Assembly (NCBI GenBank): GCA_040256005.1
Contig: JBDZWC010000062.1
Coordinates: 1 to 17,242, forward strand
Direction: 5' to 3'
Origin: Deinococcaceae bacterium
GTDB lineage: Bacteria > Deinococcota > Deinococci > Deinococcales > Trueperaceae
Length of the DNA: 17,242 nucleotides
Shown here: in pieces, positions 1-11,847 of the stretch
How the letters are laid out: each line of letters begins with the position of its first letter
Numbering within the stretch: the first letter of the stretch is position 1
Notes under the pieces: model-generated
Database searches by the model: none
Seen by the model: the letters and a program-made list of their open reading frames with translations, nothing else
Told to the model about the DNA's origin: nothing
Position numbers and translations under genes: made by a program

Positions 1-1307
<1,307 letters not shown>

Positions 1308-1308
<1 letters not shown>

Positions 1309-2735
1309 TGGCCGTCACTACGGGCAAGCCGTTCGTGGAGACCAACCGGGTCATCGGGCCCGGGCAGACGTACGCCAAGATCGACGACTCCGTCCTCTCG
1401 CCGGTCCTCCTGGACGTGCAGCGGACGCCGCGCTGGTGGTGGATCGGCTTCGGGATCTCGCTGGCGTTCCTGGCGATGTACCTGACGTCGATCGTGCACC
1501 TCATCACGACGGGCATCGGGATCTTCGGCAACAACATCCCGGTCGCGTGGGGGATGCCGATCATCAACTTCGTGTGGTGGATCGGTATCGGTCACGCCGG
1601 GACGCTGATCTCTGCGGCCCTGCTGCTCTTCAGGCAGCCGTGGCGCACGACGATCAACCGCTTCGCCGAGGCCATGACGATCTTCGCCGTCGTCTGCGCT
1701 GGCCTCTACCCCATCCTCCACCTAGGTCGCCCCTGGGTCTTCTACTGGCTGTTGCCGTACCCCAACACGTACGGCCTCTTCCCGCAGTTCCGCAGCCCGC
1801 TCGACTGGGACCTCTTCGCGATCGGCACGTACGCGAGCGTCTCGGTCCTGTTCTGGTTCATCGGCCTGATCCCCGACATGGCCAGCCTGCGGGACCGCGC
1901 CAAGCTGCCGTTCCAGAGGCTGCTCTACGGCGTGCTGTGCCTCGGTTGGACCGGCTCGGCGAAGGAGTGGCAGCGCTACCAGCGCGCCTACCTCCTCCTG
2001 GCAGCCCTCTCCTTCCCACTGGTGCTCTCCGTGCACAGCACGATCGCCATGGACTTCGCCGTGGCCCAGGTACCGGGCTGGAACAACACGATCATGCCGC
2101 CCTACTTCGTCGCCGGGGCCGTCTTCGCCGGGTTCGCCATGGTGCTCATCCTGGCCATCCCGCTGAGACGGGCGTTCGGCCTCGAGAACCTGATCACGAT
2201 GCGCCACCTGGACAACTCGGCGAAGCTGATGCTCGCCACGGGCATGATCGTGGTCTACGGGTACCTGCTCGAGATCTTCATCGCCTGGTACTCCGGCGTC
2301 GAGTTCGAGCGCTACATGATCTGGAACCGCATGTTCGGGGATCACGCCCAGTTCTTCTGGGCGCTGATCCTGTGCAACTTCGTCGCGATCCAGCCCCTGT
2401 GGCTGAGGAGCGTCAGGCAGAGCCCCATCGGCCTGTTCATCATCTCGATAATCGTCTCCGTCGGCATGTGGCTCGAGCGCTTCGTGATCATCGCCGTGTC
2501 GCTGACGAAGGACTTCCTACCGTCGTCGTGGGGCGACTACGTCAGCACGTTCTGGGACTGGGCGCTGTACCTCGGTAGCTTCGGCCTGTTCTCCACCCTC
2601 TTCTTCCTGTTCATCCGTCTCCTGCCTTCGATCGCCACGGCCGAGACCAAGGAGACGGCGTACCACTACAGCCACCACAAGATCGACCCGTACGAAGACA
2701 TCAGGGCCGAGGTGTTCCAGGAGGTGAGCGCGTGA
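1308..2735 (+). CDS. actC: ACIII subunit ActC (NrfD/PsrC-family quinol-binding membrane protein)
   Basis: True start is ATG 1308, overlapping the actB stop (TGATG 1306-1310). About 10 hydrophobic helices. Motifs 'NFVWWIGIGHAGTLISA', 'INRFAEAMT', 'HLGRPW', 'FRSPLDWD', 'LVLSVHS', 'GMWLERFVII'. Confidence 0.95.
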
Positions 2736-3307
2736 GCATGACGACGGTCGGGGAGCCCGGCCACATGACGCGCCCCCAGAGGCCACTACACGGCGTCGCA
2801 GCTCAGTTCGGCACCGTCGACGACCTCATGGCCGCCGCGGAACGGGTGCGCGACGCCGGCTACACGAGGACCGACGCGTACACGCCGTTCCCTGTCGAGG
2901 ACCTGGACGAGGCCCTCGGCATGAAACCGACGCGCATCGGTTGGATCGTGCTGGCGGCGGGCGTGCTCGGGGGCTTGGGCGGCTTCTTCATGCAGTGGTG
3001 GGCCAACACCAGCTACTACCCGCTCATCATCGGCGGCAAGCCCCTCAACAGCTGGCCGAACTGGATCGTCATCATGTACGAGCTCACCATCCTGTCGGCC
3101 GCGTTCACGGCCGGCCTCGGGATGATCCTGCGCAACGGCCTGCCCCGCGCCTACCACCCCATCTTCAACACGCCCGGCTTCGAGGGCGCCAGCCGCGACA
3201 AGTTCTTCATCGCCATCGAGGCCAGGGACCCACAGTTCGACCTCAGGCGGACGACCGCGTTCCTCGAGAGCCTCGGGCCGGAGCGCGTCAGCGAGGTCGA
3301 AGCGTGA
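2732..3307 (+). CDS. actD: ACIII subunit ActD (DUF3341-type, two TM helices)
   Basis: GTG start overlaps the actC stop (GTGA), with SD GGAGG upstream. Motifs 'DAYTPFPVEDLDEALG', 'YPLIIGGKPLNSWP', 'YELTILSAA', 'ASRDKFFIAIEA'. Confidence 0.93.
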   Translation: MSMTTVGEPGHMTRPQRPLHGVAAQFGTVDDLMAAAERVRDAGYTRTDAYTPFPVEDLDEALGMKPTRIGWIVLAAGVLGGLGGFFMQWWANTSYYPLIIGGKPLNSWPNWIVIMYELTILSAAFTAGLGMILRNGLPRAYHPIFNTPGFEGASRDKFFIAIEARDPQFDLRRTTAFLESLGPERVSEVEA

Positions 3308-3930
3308 GCGCAGTTCCTCCGCGAGACGGTCGACAAGCGCCCCGGCGCACCATGCCGGCCGTGGCCCTCAGCGTCGCCCTCACCCTTCTGCTGACGGCCT
3401 GCGGACGCAACATGTTCGATCAGGCGAAGGTCGAGCCGTTCGAGAGCTCCACGTACTTCGAGGACGGGGCGGGCATGCAGGTGCCGCCGCCCAACGCGAT
3501 CTCCCGCGAGCGCGGCGGCCTCGACCCGGCGTTCCTGACGGGTCAGAACGCGCAGGGCATGCTCACGGAGCTGCCCTTCGAGCTGACCGTCGAGGTCCTA
3601 CAGCGGGGCAAGGACCGCTTCGACATCTACTGTTCGCCCTGTCACAACTACAACGGCGACGGCACTGGCGCGGTCGTGCGGCGCGGGTTCCCCCAGCCCC
3701 CCTCCTTCGTCGACGAGCCGCGGCTCCTGGCTGCCCCCGTCGGCTACTTCTACAACGCCATCACCAACGGCTTCGGCCGCATGTTCTCCTACGCCTCGCG
3801 CGTCGCTCCCGAGGACCGTTGGGCCATCTCCGCGTACGTCAAGGCCCTGCAGCTGTCGCAGAACGCGGACCCGTCCGACATCCCAGAGGGCGCCGAGGTA
3901 ACGCTGCCGAACACGGAGGCGGCCAGATGA
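3304..3930 (+). CDS. actE: ACIII subunit ActE, monoheme cytochrome c lipoprotein
   Basis: GTG 3304 overlaps the actD stop; ATG 3352 is an alternative start. Lipobox LTA-C followed by 'GRNMFDQAK'. Single CXXCH (CSPCH), likely axial Met in 'GFGRMFSYA', and 'DRWAISAYVKALQ'. Confidence 0.92.
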   Translation: MSAVPPRDGRQAPRRTMPAVALSVALTLLLTACGRNMFDQAKVEPFESSTYFEDGAGMQVPPPNAISRERGGLDPAFLTGQNAQGMLTELPFELTVEVLQRGKDRFDIYCSPCHNYNGDGTGAVVRRGFPQPPSFVDEPRLLAAPVGYFYNAITNGFGRMFSYASRVAPEDRWAISAYVKALQLSQNADPSDIPEGAEVTLPNTEAAR

Positions 3931-5156
3931 GCCTAGACGCCCACCAACCTGCTCACGTCCACACCGCCTTGGACGTCCCCGCCCCCGACACCGGCAGGTT
4001 CCAGACGATCGCGCTGGGGATCGGCGTGATCGCGGTCGTCGGCGGCGCCGTGCTCGGCTTCTTCGGTCAGGGCGGAGCGGCCGGCTTCTTCCAGTCGTAC
4101 CTGATGGCCTACGTCTTCTGGCTGGGCATCTCGCTGGGCGCGCTGGTGATCCTCTTCACCCAACACCTGGCAGGCGGTCCGTGGGGGCCGCTCATCGCGC
4201 GGCCGCTCGAGTCGGCTGCCACGGTGATCCCCCTCATGGCGCTGCTGTTCGTGCCGGTGCTGCTGGGAGCAGGGGACCTGTATCCCTGGACGAACGCCGC
4301 CTACGTCGCCGAGCATCCCACGGTGGCGGCCAAGCAGGAGTACCTCAACATGCCCTGGTTCATCGTGCGCAGCGTCGCCTACTTCGCGGTCTGGATCGCC
4401 GCCGCGATGCTCTACCGGCGCAGTTCACTCGACCAGGACGCGGCCGCTCAGACAGCGGGCAAGATCGGCTACCGACTGCGCAGCGCGGCCGGCATGTGGT
4501 TCGTCTTCTACGTGCTGAGCATGACCTTCGCCGGCTTCGACTGGGCCATGTCGCTCACGCCGACCTGGTTCTCCGGTATCTACCCCACGATCCTGATGGC
4601 GACGCAGGCCATCACCGGCATCGCGTTCATGATCATCGTCATCACCTGGATCGCGAGCCGCAACGCGACGGTGGACGCCCTGCTCACGCCGCGGCGCCTG
4701 CAGGACCTGGGGAACTTCCTGATGGCCTTCACCATGTTCTGGGCGTACGTGCAGGTGTCGCAGCTGATCATCCAGTGGAGCAACAACGTCGTCGAGACCG
4801 CCAGCTGGTACGTGCTGAGGTTCAGCCCCGGTTGGATAGGGGTGTCGGCGTTCCTGCTGTTCTTCGGCTTCTTCGCACCCTTCTTCGTCCTGTTCTCGCG
4901 TTGGGTGAAGCGGAAGCGGAGGGCGCTCGTGGTGGTGGCCGTCTGGTCCCTGTTCATGCAGGCGCTCAACTACTTCTGGTTCCTGGCGCCGGCCTTCGGA
5001 CGGGAGGGCTTCGCCTTGACCCTGTCCGACGTGCTGCTGTTCATCGGCATCGGCGGGATCTGGCTCGCGGCCTTCGCCAGGCAACTCGCCAGCCGGCAGG
5101 TCTTGCCGGCGCACGACCCGCGTCTCGTCGCCGCGGCTGCGGAGCATCATGGCTGA
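3927..5156 (+). CDS. actF: ACIII subunit ActF (ActC-paralogous membrane subunit)
   Basis: ATG 3927 overlaps the actE stop (ATGA), with SD GGAGG. About 10 TM helices. Motifs 'FDWAMSLTPTWFSGIY', 'LQDLGNFLMAFTMFWAY', 'QLIIQWSNN'. Confidence 0.92.
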   Translation: MSLDAHQPAHVHTALDVPAPDTGRFQTIALGIGVIAVVGGAVLGFFGQGGAAGFFQSYLMAYVFWLGISLGALVILFTQHLAGGPWGPLIARPLESAATVIPLMALLFVPVLLGAGDLYPWTNAAYVAEHPTVAAKQEYLNMPWFIVRSVAYFAVWIAAAMLYRRSSLDQDAAAQTAGKIGYRLRSAAGMWFVFYVLSMTFAGFDWAMSLTPTWFSGIYPTILMATQAITGIAFMIIVITWIASRNATVDALLTPRRLQDLGNFLMAFTMFWAYVQVSQLIIQWSNNVVETASWYVLRFSPGWIGVSAFLLFFGFFAPFFVLFSRWVKRKRRALVVVAVWSLFMQALNYFWFLAPAFGREGFALTLSDVLLFIGIGGIWLAAFARQLASRQVLPAHDPRLVAAAAEHHG

Positions 5157-5928
5157 GGATCGCGGAACCGGGTTCGAGCCCACGCGTCAGTACCTACTGA
5201 GCGAAGGGCAGGTGCGCATCGCCTTCGTGCTGTCGGCCGTCGGCATGGCGGGCTTGTTGCTCCTCCTGCTGGTCTTGGCGATGGCCAAGCCGCAGGTGCG
5301 GCTCACGCCAGCGAACGCGACCGAGTTCCAGGCGGGCCTGGAAGCCGCGACCGGCGCGCTCGCCGGCTATGAGGTCTACGAGGACGGCCGCGCTCGCATC
5401 GACATCGACAGGGCCATGGAGCTCGTGGCCGAGCGCGGCGTTCAGGCGCCGGGCATCGTCGCCCCCGGAGCGGCCCCCAGCGCGCCCGTGGGCGGCGACG
5501 CGGCTGGCGGGGCCGACGACGACGAGCAGGCGCAAGCCTCGGTAGACGGCGCCGTGGCCTTCGCGACCTGCGCGGCGTGTCACCAGGCCAACGCCGCCGG
5601 CATCCCCGGCGCCTTCCCTCCCCTAGCGGGACACGCGGCGGAGCTCTACCAGGCGGAACGCACCTACATGCTCGACGTGGTGCTCTTCGGCCTCACCGGG
5701 CAGATCCAGGTCGACGGCGTGTCGTACAACGGTTTCATGCCTTCGCATCAGCACCTCGCCGACGAGGAGATCGCAGCGATCCTCAACCACGTCATGACCT
5801 CCTTCGGCAACGAGGACGCCGGGGTCTCTTTCGAGCCCTACACGGCCGCCGACGTCGCGGGGCAACGCGAGCTGGCGCTGACCTCTGACCAGGTACATCA
5901 ACTGCGCTCGGAGCTGGGCTTGGAGTGA
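5149..5928 (+). CDS. Membrane-anchored ActG-like protein fused to a C-terminal class I cytochrome c (Thermus c552-like)
   Basis: One TM helix (about aa 24-46), then an ActG-like 'GYEVYEDGRARIDIDRAMELVAERG' segment and an Ala/Pro/Gly/Asp linker. The C-terminal domain has CAACH (codons from 5569), 'GIPGAFPPLAGH', 'YNGFM' and 'DEEIAAILNHV', matching the T. thermophilus c552 pattern as I recall it. Confidence 0.85.
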   Translation: MAEDRGTGFEPTRQYLLSEGQVRIAFVLSAVGMAGLLLLLLVLAMAKPQVRLTPANATEFQAGLEAATGALAGYEVYEDGRARIDIDRAMELVAERGVQAPGIVAPGAAPSAPVGGDAAGGADDDEQAQASVDGAVAFATCAACHQANAAGIPGAFPPLAGHAAELYQAERTYMLDVVLFGLTGQIQVDGVSYNGFMPSHQHLADEEIAAILNHVMTSFGNEDAGVSFEPYTAADVAGQRELALTSDQVHQLRSELGLE

Positions 5929-6890
5929 GGCCGCGAGTGTTCGTCGCCCGCCGGCTGCCCGAGGCCGGCCTCGCGCCGCTGCGTGAGGCCGGCCTTCACG
6001 TGGATGTGCACCACTCCGAGGAACCGATCACGAGGCAGGAACTACTGAGCCGTGCGGCAGGCGCCCACGCCCTCATCACCCTGATGTCCGAGCGTGTCGA
6101 CGACGCGCTGCTGGACGCGGCCGGGCCGCAGTTGAAGGTCGTGGCCAACTTCGCCGTGGGCTACGACAACATCGACGTGCCCGCCTGCCGCCGGCGCGGT
6201 GTCGTGGCGACGAACACGCCCGGGGTACTCGACGACGCGACCGCCGACATGGCGTTCGCCCTTCTGCTGGCTGTGGCCAGGCGACTGCCTGAGGGCGAAG
6301 CTCTGGTGCGCTCTGGCGCCTGGACCGGCTGGCGGCCGGAGCAGCTCCTGGGCGCTCACGTGACCGGGGCGACCATCGGCATCGTGGGCCTGGGCCGGAT
6401 CGGCCGCGCCGTCGCCAGGCGGGCGCGCGGGTTCGACATGCGGTTGCTCTACCACAACAGGCGGCCGGATCCTGCGGCCGAGCGGGAGCTGAACGCGAGG
6501 TACGAGACCATGGACGAGCTCCTGAGCCAGAGCGACTTCGTCAGCCTGCACGTGCCGCTGACGGCCGAGACCAGGCACCTGATCGGGCAGCGCGAGCTGG
6601 CGCTCATGAAGCCCACGGCCGTGCTCGTCAACACCGCGCGCGGTCCAGTCGTGGACGAGGCGGCGCTGGTCTCCGCGCTGCAGGGCGGAAGCATCGCCGG
6701 CGCGGGCCTTGACGTCTACGAGGACGAGCCGGCGGTCGACCCGGGACTGCTGGGCCTGCAGAACGTGGTCCTCGCCCCCCACCTAGGCTCAGCCACGCGC
6801 GAGACCCGCACGGCTATGGCCCGCCTGTGCTCCGAGGCTGTTCTCGCCGTGCTGGCCGGACGCGAACCGGCCAACGCGATAAGCGGCTAG
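5925..6890 (+). CDS. D-isomer-specific 2-hydroxyacid dehydrogenase (glyoxylate/hydroxypyruvate reductase, GhrB/GyaR-like)
   Basis: Motifs 'NFAVGYDNID', 'TNTPGVL', Rossmann GLGRIG, 'YHNRR' (suggests NADPH), 'NTARGPVVDE', 'LDVYEDEP' and catalytic His in 'APHLGSAT'. The GTG start overlaps the upstream stop. Confidence 0.93.
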   Translation: MRPRVFVARRLPEAGLAPLREAGLHVDVHHSEEPITRQELLSRAAGAHALITLMSERVDDALLDAAGPQLKVVANFAVGYDNIDVPACRRRGVVATNTPGVLDDATADMAFALLLAVARRLPEGEALVRSGAWTGWRPEQLLGAHVTGATIGIVGLGRIGRAVARRARGFDMRLLYHNRRPDPAAERELNARYETMDELLSQSDFVSLHVPLTAETRHLIGQRELALMKPTAVLVNTARGPVVDEAALVSALQGGSIAGAGLDVYEDEPAVDPGLLGLQNVVLAPHLGSATRETRTAMARLCSEAVLAVLAGREPANAISG

Positions 6891-6926
6891 TAGCCCGCGC
6901 TCGCGCAGGTCGTCCGGAACGAACGA

Positions 6927-6964
6927 GGGGCGGTCCCAAGGGCAAACGCGGGATCGCCCCCGCG
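6927..6964. terminator. GC-rich inverted repeats between convergent genes; possible terminator
   Basis: GGGGCGGTCCC (6927-6937) pairs with GGGATCGCCCC (6950-6960) with one G-U. An alternative stem is CGCGGG/CCCGCG (6947-6964), followed by only UUU on the minus strand. Confidence 0.4.
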
Positions 6965-6976
6965 AAACCGCGTCCG

Positions 6977-9005
<2,029 letters not shown>

Positions 9006-9086
9006 ACAGATTTCCCCGTCCAGGACGGGCCAAAAGCCAAGGTGAACGGGTCTTGGGCGTGCCGCTGACGAGCGGCGCTGGGCTGG

Positions 9087-10334
9087 CTAGCCCCTCACCT
9101 CTCCGGAGCCCTCGACGAGGTACTTGTACGTGACCATCTCGGCCAGGCCCATGGGCCCGCGGGCGTGGAGTTTCTGCGTGCTGATGCCTATCTCCGCGCC
9201 GAAGCCGAACTCGAAGCCGTCGTTGAACCGGGTCGAGGCGTTCACGAACACGGCGGCGGCGTCCACCTCCCGCCTGAAGCGCTCGGCGCTGGCGAGCGAA
9301 CGGGTGACGATCGCTTCGCTGTGCCCGGTGCCGTGTCGCTCGATGTGCTCCAGCGCCTCGTCCAGGCTGTCAACGACCCTCACGGCCAGCTTCAGCGCCA
9401 GGAACTCGGTGTCCCAGTCCGCCTCGGTGGCTGGCGCCACCTCCGGACACAGGTCTCGGGCCCTCTCGCAGCCCACGACCTCGACGCCGGCCCGCCGCAA
9501 CCGCCCGACGAGCGTGGGAAGCAGTCGGGCAGCCTCGGCCACGTGGACGAGAAGGGTCTCCATGGCGTTGCACACGCCCGGCCTCTGGACCTTGGCGTTC
9601 ACCGCGATCTCCTCGGCCATCGCGTGATCAGCACCCTCGTCCACGTAGACATGGCAGTTGCCCACCCCGGTCTCGATGACCGGCACCGTGGCGTTCTCGA
9701 CGACGTGGCGTATCAGGCCGGCCCCGCCGCGCGGGATCACCAGGTCGACGAGCCCGTTCGCGCGCAACAGACCCGTCACGGACTCGCGGCCCGGGTCGTC
9801 CAGCAGCTGGACGGCGTCTTCCGGCACACCTGCGCCCGGTAGGCACCGCCGCATGCTCGCGACCAACGCCCTGTTGCTGCGCAGCGCGCTCGAAGAGCCC
9901 CGGAGCACGACCGCGCTGCCCGCCTTGAGCGCCAGCGCGGCGGCGTCAACGGTGACGTTGGGGCGCGACTCGTAGACCATGCCGATGACGCCGAACGGCA
10001 CGGTGACCTTCCGGACATGCGGCCCCGCCCGCAGCGTCCAACCGTCCAGCACGCGGCCGAGCGGGTCGGGCAGCTCCGCGACGAGCTCGCACGCGGCGGC
10101 GATCGCTTCCAGCCGCTGCTCGTCCAGCGCCAGGCGGTCGACCTGTGGGGCCTCCATGCCCTCTGCCCTGGCGGCCGCCACGTCGGCGGCGTTCGCGGCG
10201 AGCAACTCCGAGGCGTCACGCCTGAGACCCGCCGCGATCGACAGGAGCGCGGCATCCCGGTCGGCGGCGGCGAGGCCCCTCGAGGCCCGCCGCGCCGCCC
10301 TGAGCTGGTCATGCAAGGTGGGGGCCACGATCAT
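9087..10334 (-). CDS. proA: Gamma-glutamyl phosphate reductase (glutamate-5-semialdehyde dehydrogenase)
   Basis: Start ATG 10334 (MIVAPTL...). Motifs 'VPFGVIGMVYESRPNVT', 'DLVIPRGGAGLI', 'GVCNAMETLL' (catalytic Cys) and 'NASTRFNDGFEFGFGAEIGISTQKLHARGPMGL'. Confidence 0.97.
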   Translation of the reverse strand: MIVAPTLHDQLRAARRASRGLAAADRDAALLSIAAGLRRDASELLAANAADVAAARAEGMEAPQVDRLALDEQRLEAIAAACELVAELPDPLGRVLDGWTLRAGPHVRKVTVPFGVIGMVYESRPNVTVDAAALALKAGSAVVLRGSSSALRSNRALVASMRRCLPGAGVPEDAVQLLDDPGRESVTGLLRANGLVDLVIPRGGAGLIRHVVENATVPVIETGVGNCHVYVDEGADHAMAEEIAVNAKVQRPGVCNAMETLLVHVAEAARLLPTLVGRLRRAGVEVVGCERARDLCPEVAPATEADWDTEFLALKLAVRVVDSLDEALEHIERHGTGHSEAIVTRSLASAERFRREVDAAAVFVNASTRFNDGFEFGFGAEIGISTQKLHARGPMGLAEMVTYKYLVEGSGEVRG

Positions 10335-10376
10335 CGCCGGAGTATACGAGCGTGCACCACGCCATAGACTCGGGCC
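10335..10376. promoter_or_regulatory. Back-to-back -10 boxes driving leaderless proA and SDR transcripts
   Basis: Minus strand: TATACT (10346-10341), 6 nt, ATG 10334. Plus strand: TAGACT (10365-10370), 6 nt, ATG 10377. Neither gene has an SD. Confidence 0.75.
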
Positions 10377-11096
10377 ATGAGCGACGAAGCGAGCCCCCGC
10401 CCCGGCGCCTACGCCGCGGTGACGGGCGCCGGCGGAGCCGTGGGCCCCCACCTGGCCGCGGCCTTGGTGGAACGGGGGTGGCAGGTCGCGCTGCTCACCC
10501 GCCCGGGCGGCGAGGAACGCGCAGCGTCCCGCGTCGCCGACCTGACAGGCGGCCGCGCGGCGCGGGCTGCCGTCGGCCTTGACCTGACCGACGAGCGGAC
10601 CACCCAGGCGACGTTCGCGGGCCTGGCGGAGAAGCTGGGTCACTGCGCCATGCTCATCAACGCCGCCGGCGGCTTCGCGATGAAGCCGGCGCACGAGGCC
10701 ACGGCGTCCGACCTGGAGCACATGTTGGGCCGCAACCTGGTGTCAGCGGTCAACGCCACGCGCGCAGCGCTTCCCGGCATGAGGGAGCGCGGCGCGGGCT
10801 TCGTGCTGGGGGTGTCGGCGGGCGCCGCCCGGAACCCCGCCCCCGGCCGTACCGCCTACGCCGCAGCCAAGGGCGCAGTGAGCGGCTACTTCAGGTCGCT
10901 GGCCGCCGAGCTGGCCGGCACAGGAGTGCACGCTGCCGTCATCGTCCCCATGGGAACGATCGACACCGAGCCCAACAGGGCCGCCATGCCGGGCGCCGAC
11001 TTCTCGGCGTGGATCCCTGTCTCCTCGATCGTCTCGGCCGCGCTCTACCTGGCCTCCCACCCCGGCGTCAGGGAGCTCGAGGTTCACGCCGGCTGA
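10377..11096 (+). CDS. Short-chain dehydrogenase/reductase (classical SDR), substrate unknown
   Basis: TGAGGAVG cofactor loop, 'INAAGGF', Ser in 'VSAG', and catalytic YAAAK. Confidence 0.9.
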   Translation: MSDEASPRPGAYAAVTGAGGAVGPHLAAALVERGWQVALLTRPGGEERAASRVADLTGGRAARAAVGLDLTDERTTQATFAGLAEKLGHCAMLINAAGGFAMKPAHEATASDLEHMLGRNLVSAVNATRAALPGMRERGAGFVLGVSAGAARNPAPGRTAYAAAKGAVSGYFRSLAAELAGTGVHAAVIVPMGTIDTEPNRAAMPGADFSAWIPVSSIVSAALYLASHPGVRELEVHAG

Positions 11097-11107
11097 TGTC
11101 CCAGCGG

Positions 11108-11137
11108 TGGACACCGGCCTCCGCCAGCTAGTAAGCT
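11108..11137 (+). promoter_or_regulatory. Probable sigma70 promoter of rplY-pth
   Basis: TGGACA (11108-11113), 18 nt, TAAGCT (11132-11137). SD GGAGG at 11179-11183. Confidence 0.55.
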
Positions 11138-11187
11138 GACCAACTGGTCTTGCGCGCGGCTCATAGGCGCCGCGCCGTGGAGGAACG

Positions 11188-11826
11188 ATGAAGCTTGCAG
11201 CCGAGAAGCGTGGCAAGGGCGGTCTGGGCGAGCTCAGACGCAACGGTCGCCTACCCGCTGTCATGTACAACCGAGAGATCAACGTGCCCGTCAGCATCGA
11301 GATGCGCGCCTTCGACAAGGCGTTCCGGCAGGTCGGCAACTCCAGCCTGATCGACCTCGACATCGCTGGCGACGTGCACAGCGTGATCGTCAGGCAGGTC
11401 CAGATGGACAAGCGGCGCCGGGAGCCCATGCACGTGGACTTCTACGCCGTGAGCGCCAACGAGCCGGTCCAGGTGCCCGTGCCCGTCGAGTTCGTGGGCA
11501 GCCCGGTGGGCGTCCGTGACGGCGGCCAGCTGCACGTGCAGCGCCGTGAGGTCAGCATCTCGGTGCTGCCGCGCTTGATCCCGGCCCACATCGAGCTGGA
11601 CATCAGCGGTCTGGCCATCGGCGACAGCCTCCACGTGTCCGACATCGTGGAGAAGCTGCCGCCGGAGGCCGAGATCCTCGACGAGCTCGACCTCGCCCTG
11701 GTCGCCGTCGTGCCACCGCGTGTCGCGGAAGAGGAAGAGACCGCGGAGGCCGCCGAGCCGCAGGTCGTCGGTGAACGGGACGAAGAGGGTGACGAAGGCG
11801 CCGAGGAGGCCTCCTCGGAGGACTGA
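11188..11826 (+). CDS. rplY: 50S ribosomal protein L25 / general stress protein Ctc (TL5-type long form)
   Basis: Motifs 'LRRNGRLPAVMYN', 'FDKAFRQ', 'VRQVQMDKRRREPMHVDFY', 'IPAHIELDISGLAIGDSLHVSD'. Acidic C-terminal tail. Conserved adjacency to pth. Confidence 0.96.
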   Translation: MKLAAEKRGKGGLGELRRNGRLPAVMYNREINVPVSIEMRAFDKAFRQVGNSSLIDLDIAGDVHSVIVRQVQMDKRRREPMHVDFYAVSANEPVQVPVPVEFVGSPVGVRDGGQLHVQRREVSISVLPRLIPAHIELDISGLAIGDSLHVSDIVEKLPPEAEILDELDLALVAVVPPRVAEEEETAEAAEPQVVGERDEEGDEGAEEASSED

Positions 11827-11847
11827 AGCCGGCCTTAGGAGCCACGA

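Noticed and set aside
2941..3303. 5' extensions of the actE ORF (from 2941) and the actF ORF (from 3819)
   Set aside because: They overlap upstream genes in another frame. Coupled starts with SDs exist at 3304 and 3927.
6903..6916. 14-nt sequence GCGCAGGTCGTCCG repeated at 15603-15616
   Set aside because: A single 14-mer match is expected by chance in 17 kb of GC-rich DNA, and the two copies share no context.
10335..10721. 129-aa N-terminal extension of the proA ORF
   Set aside because: It overlaps the SDR on the opposite strand. ProA homology and a -10 box point to ATG 10334.
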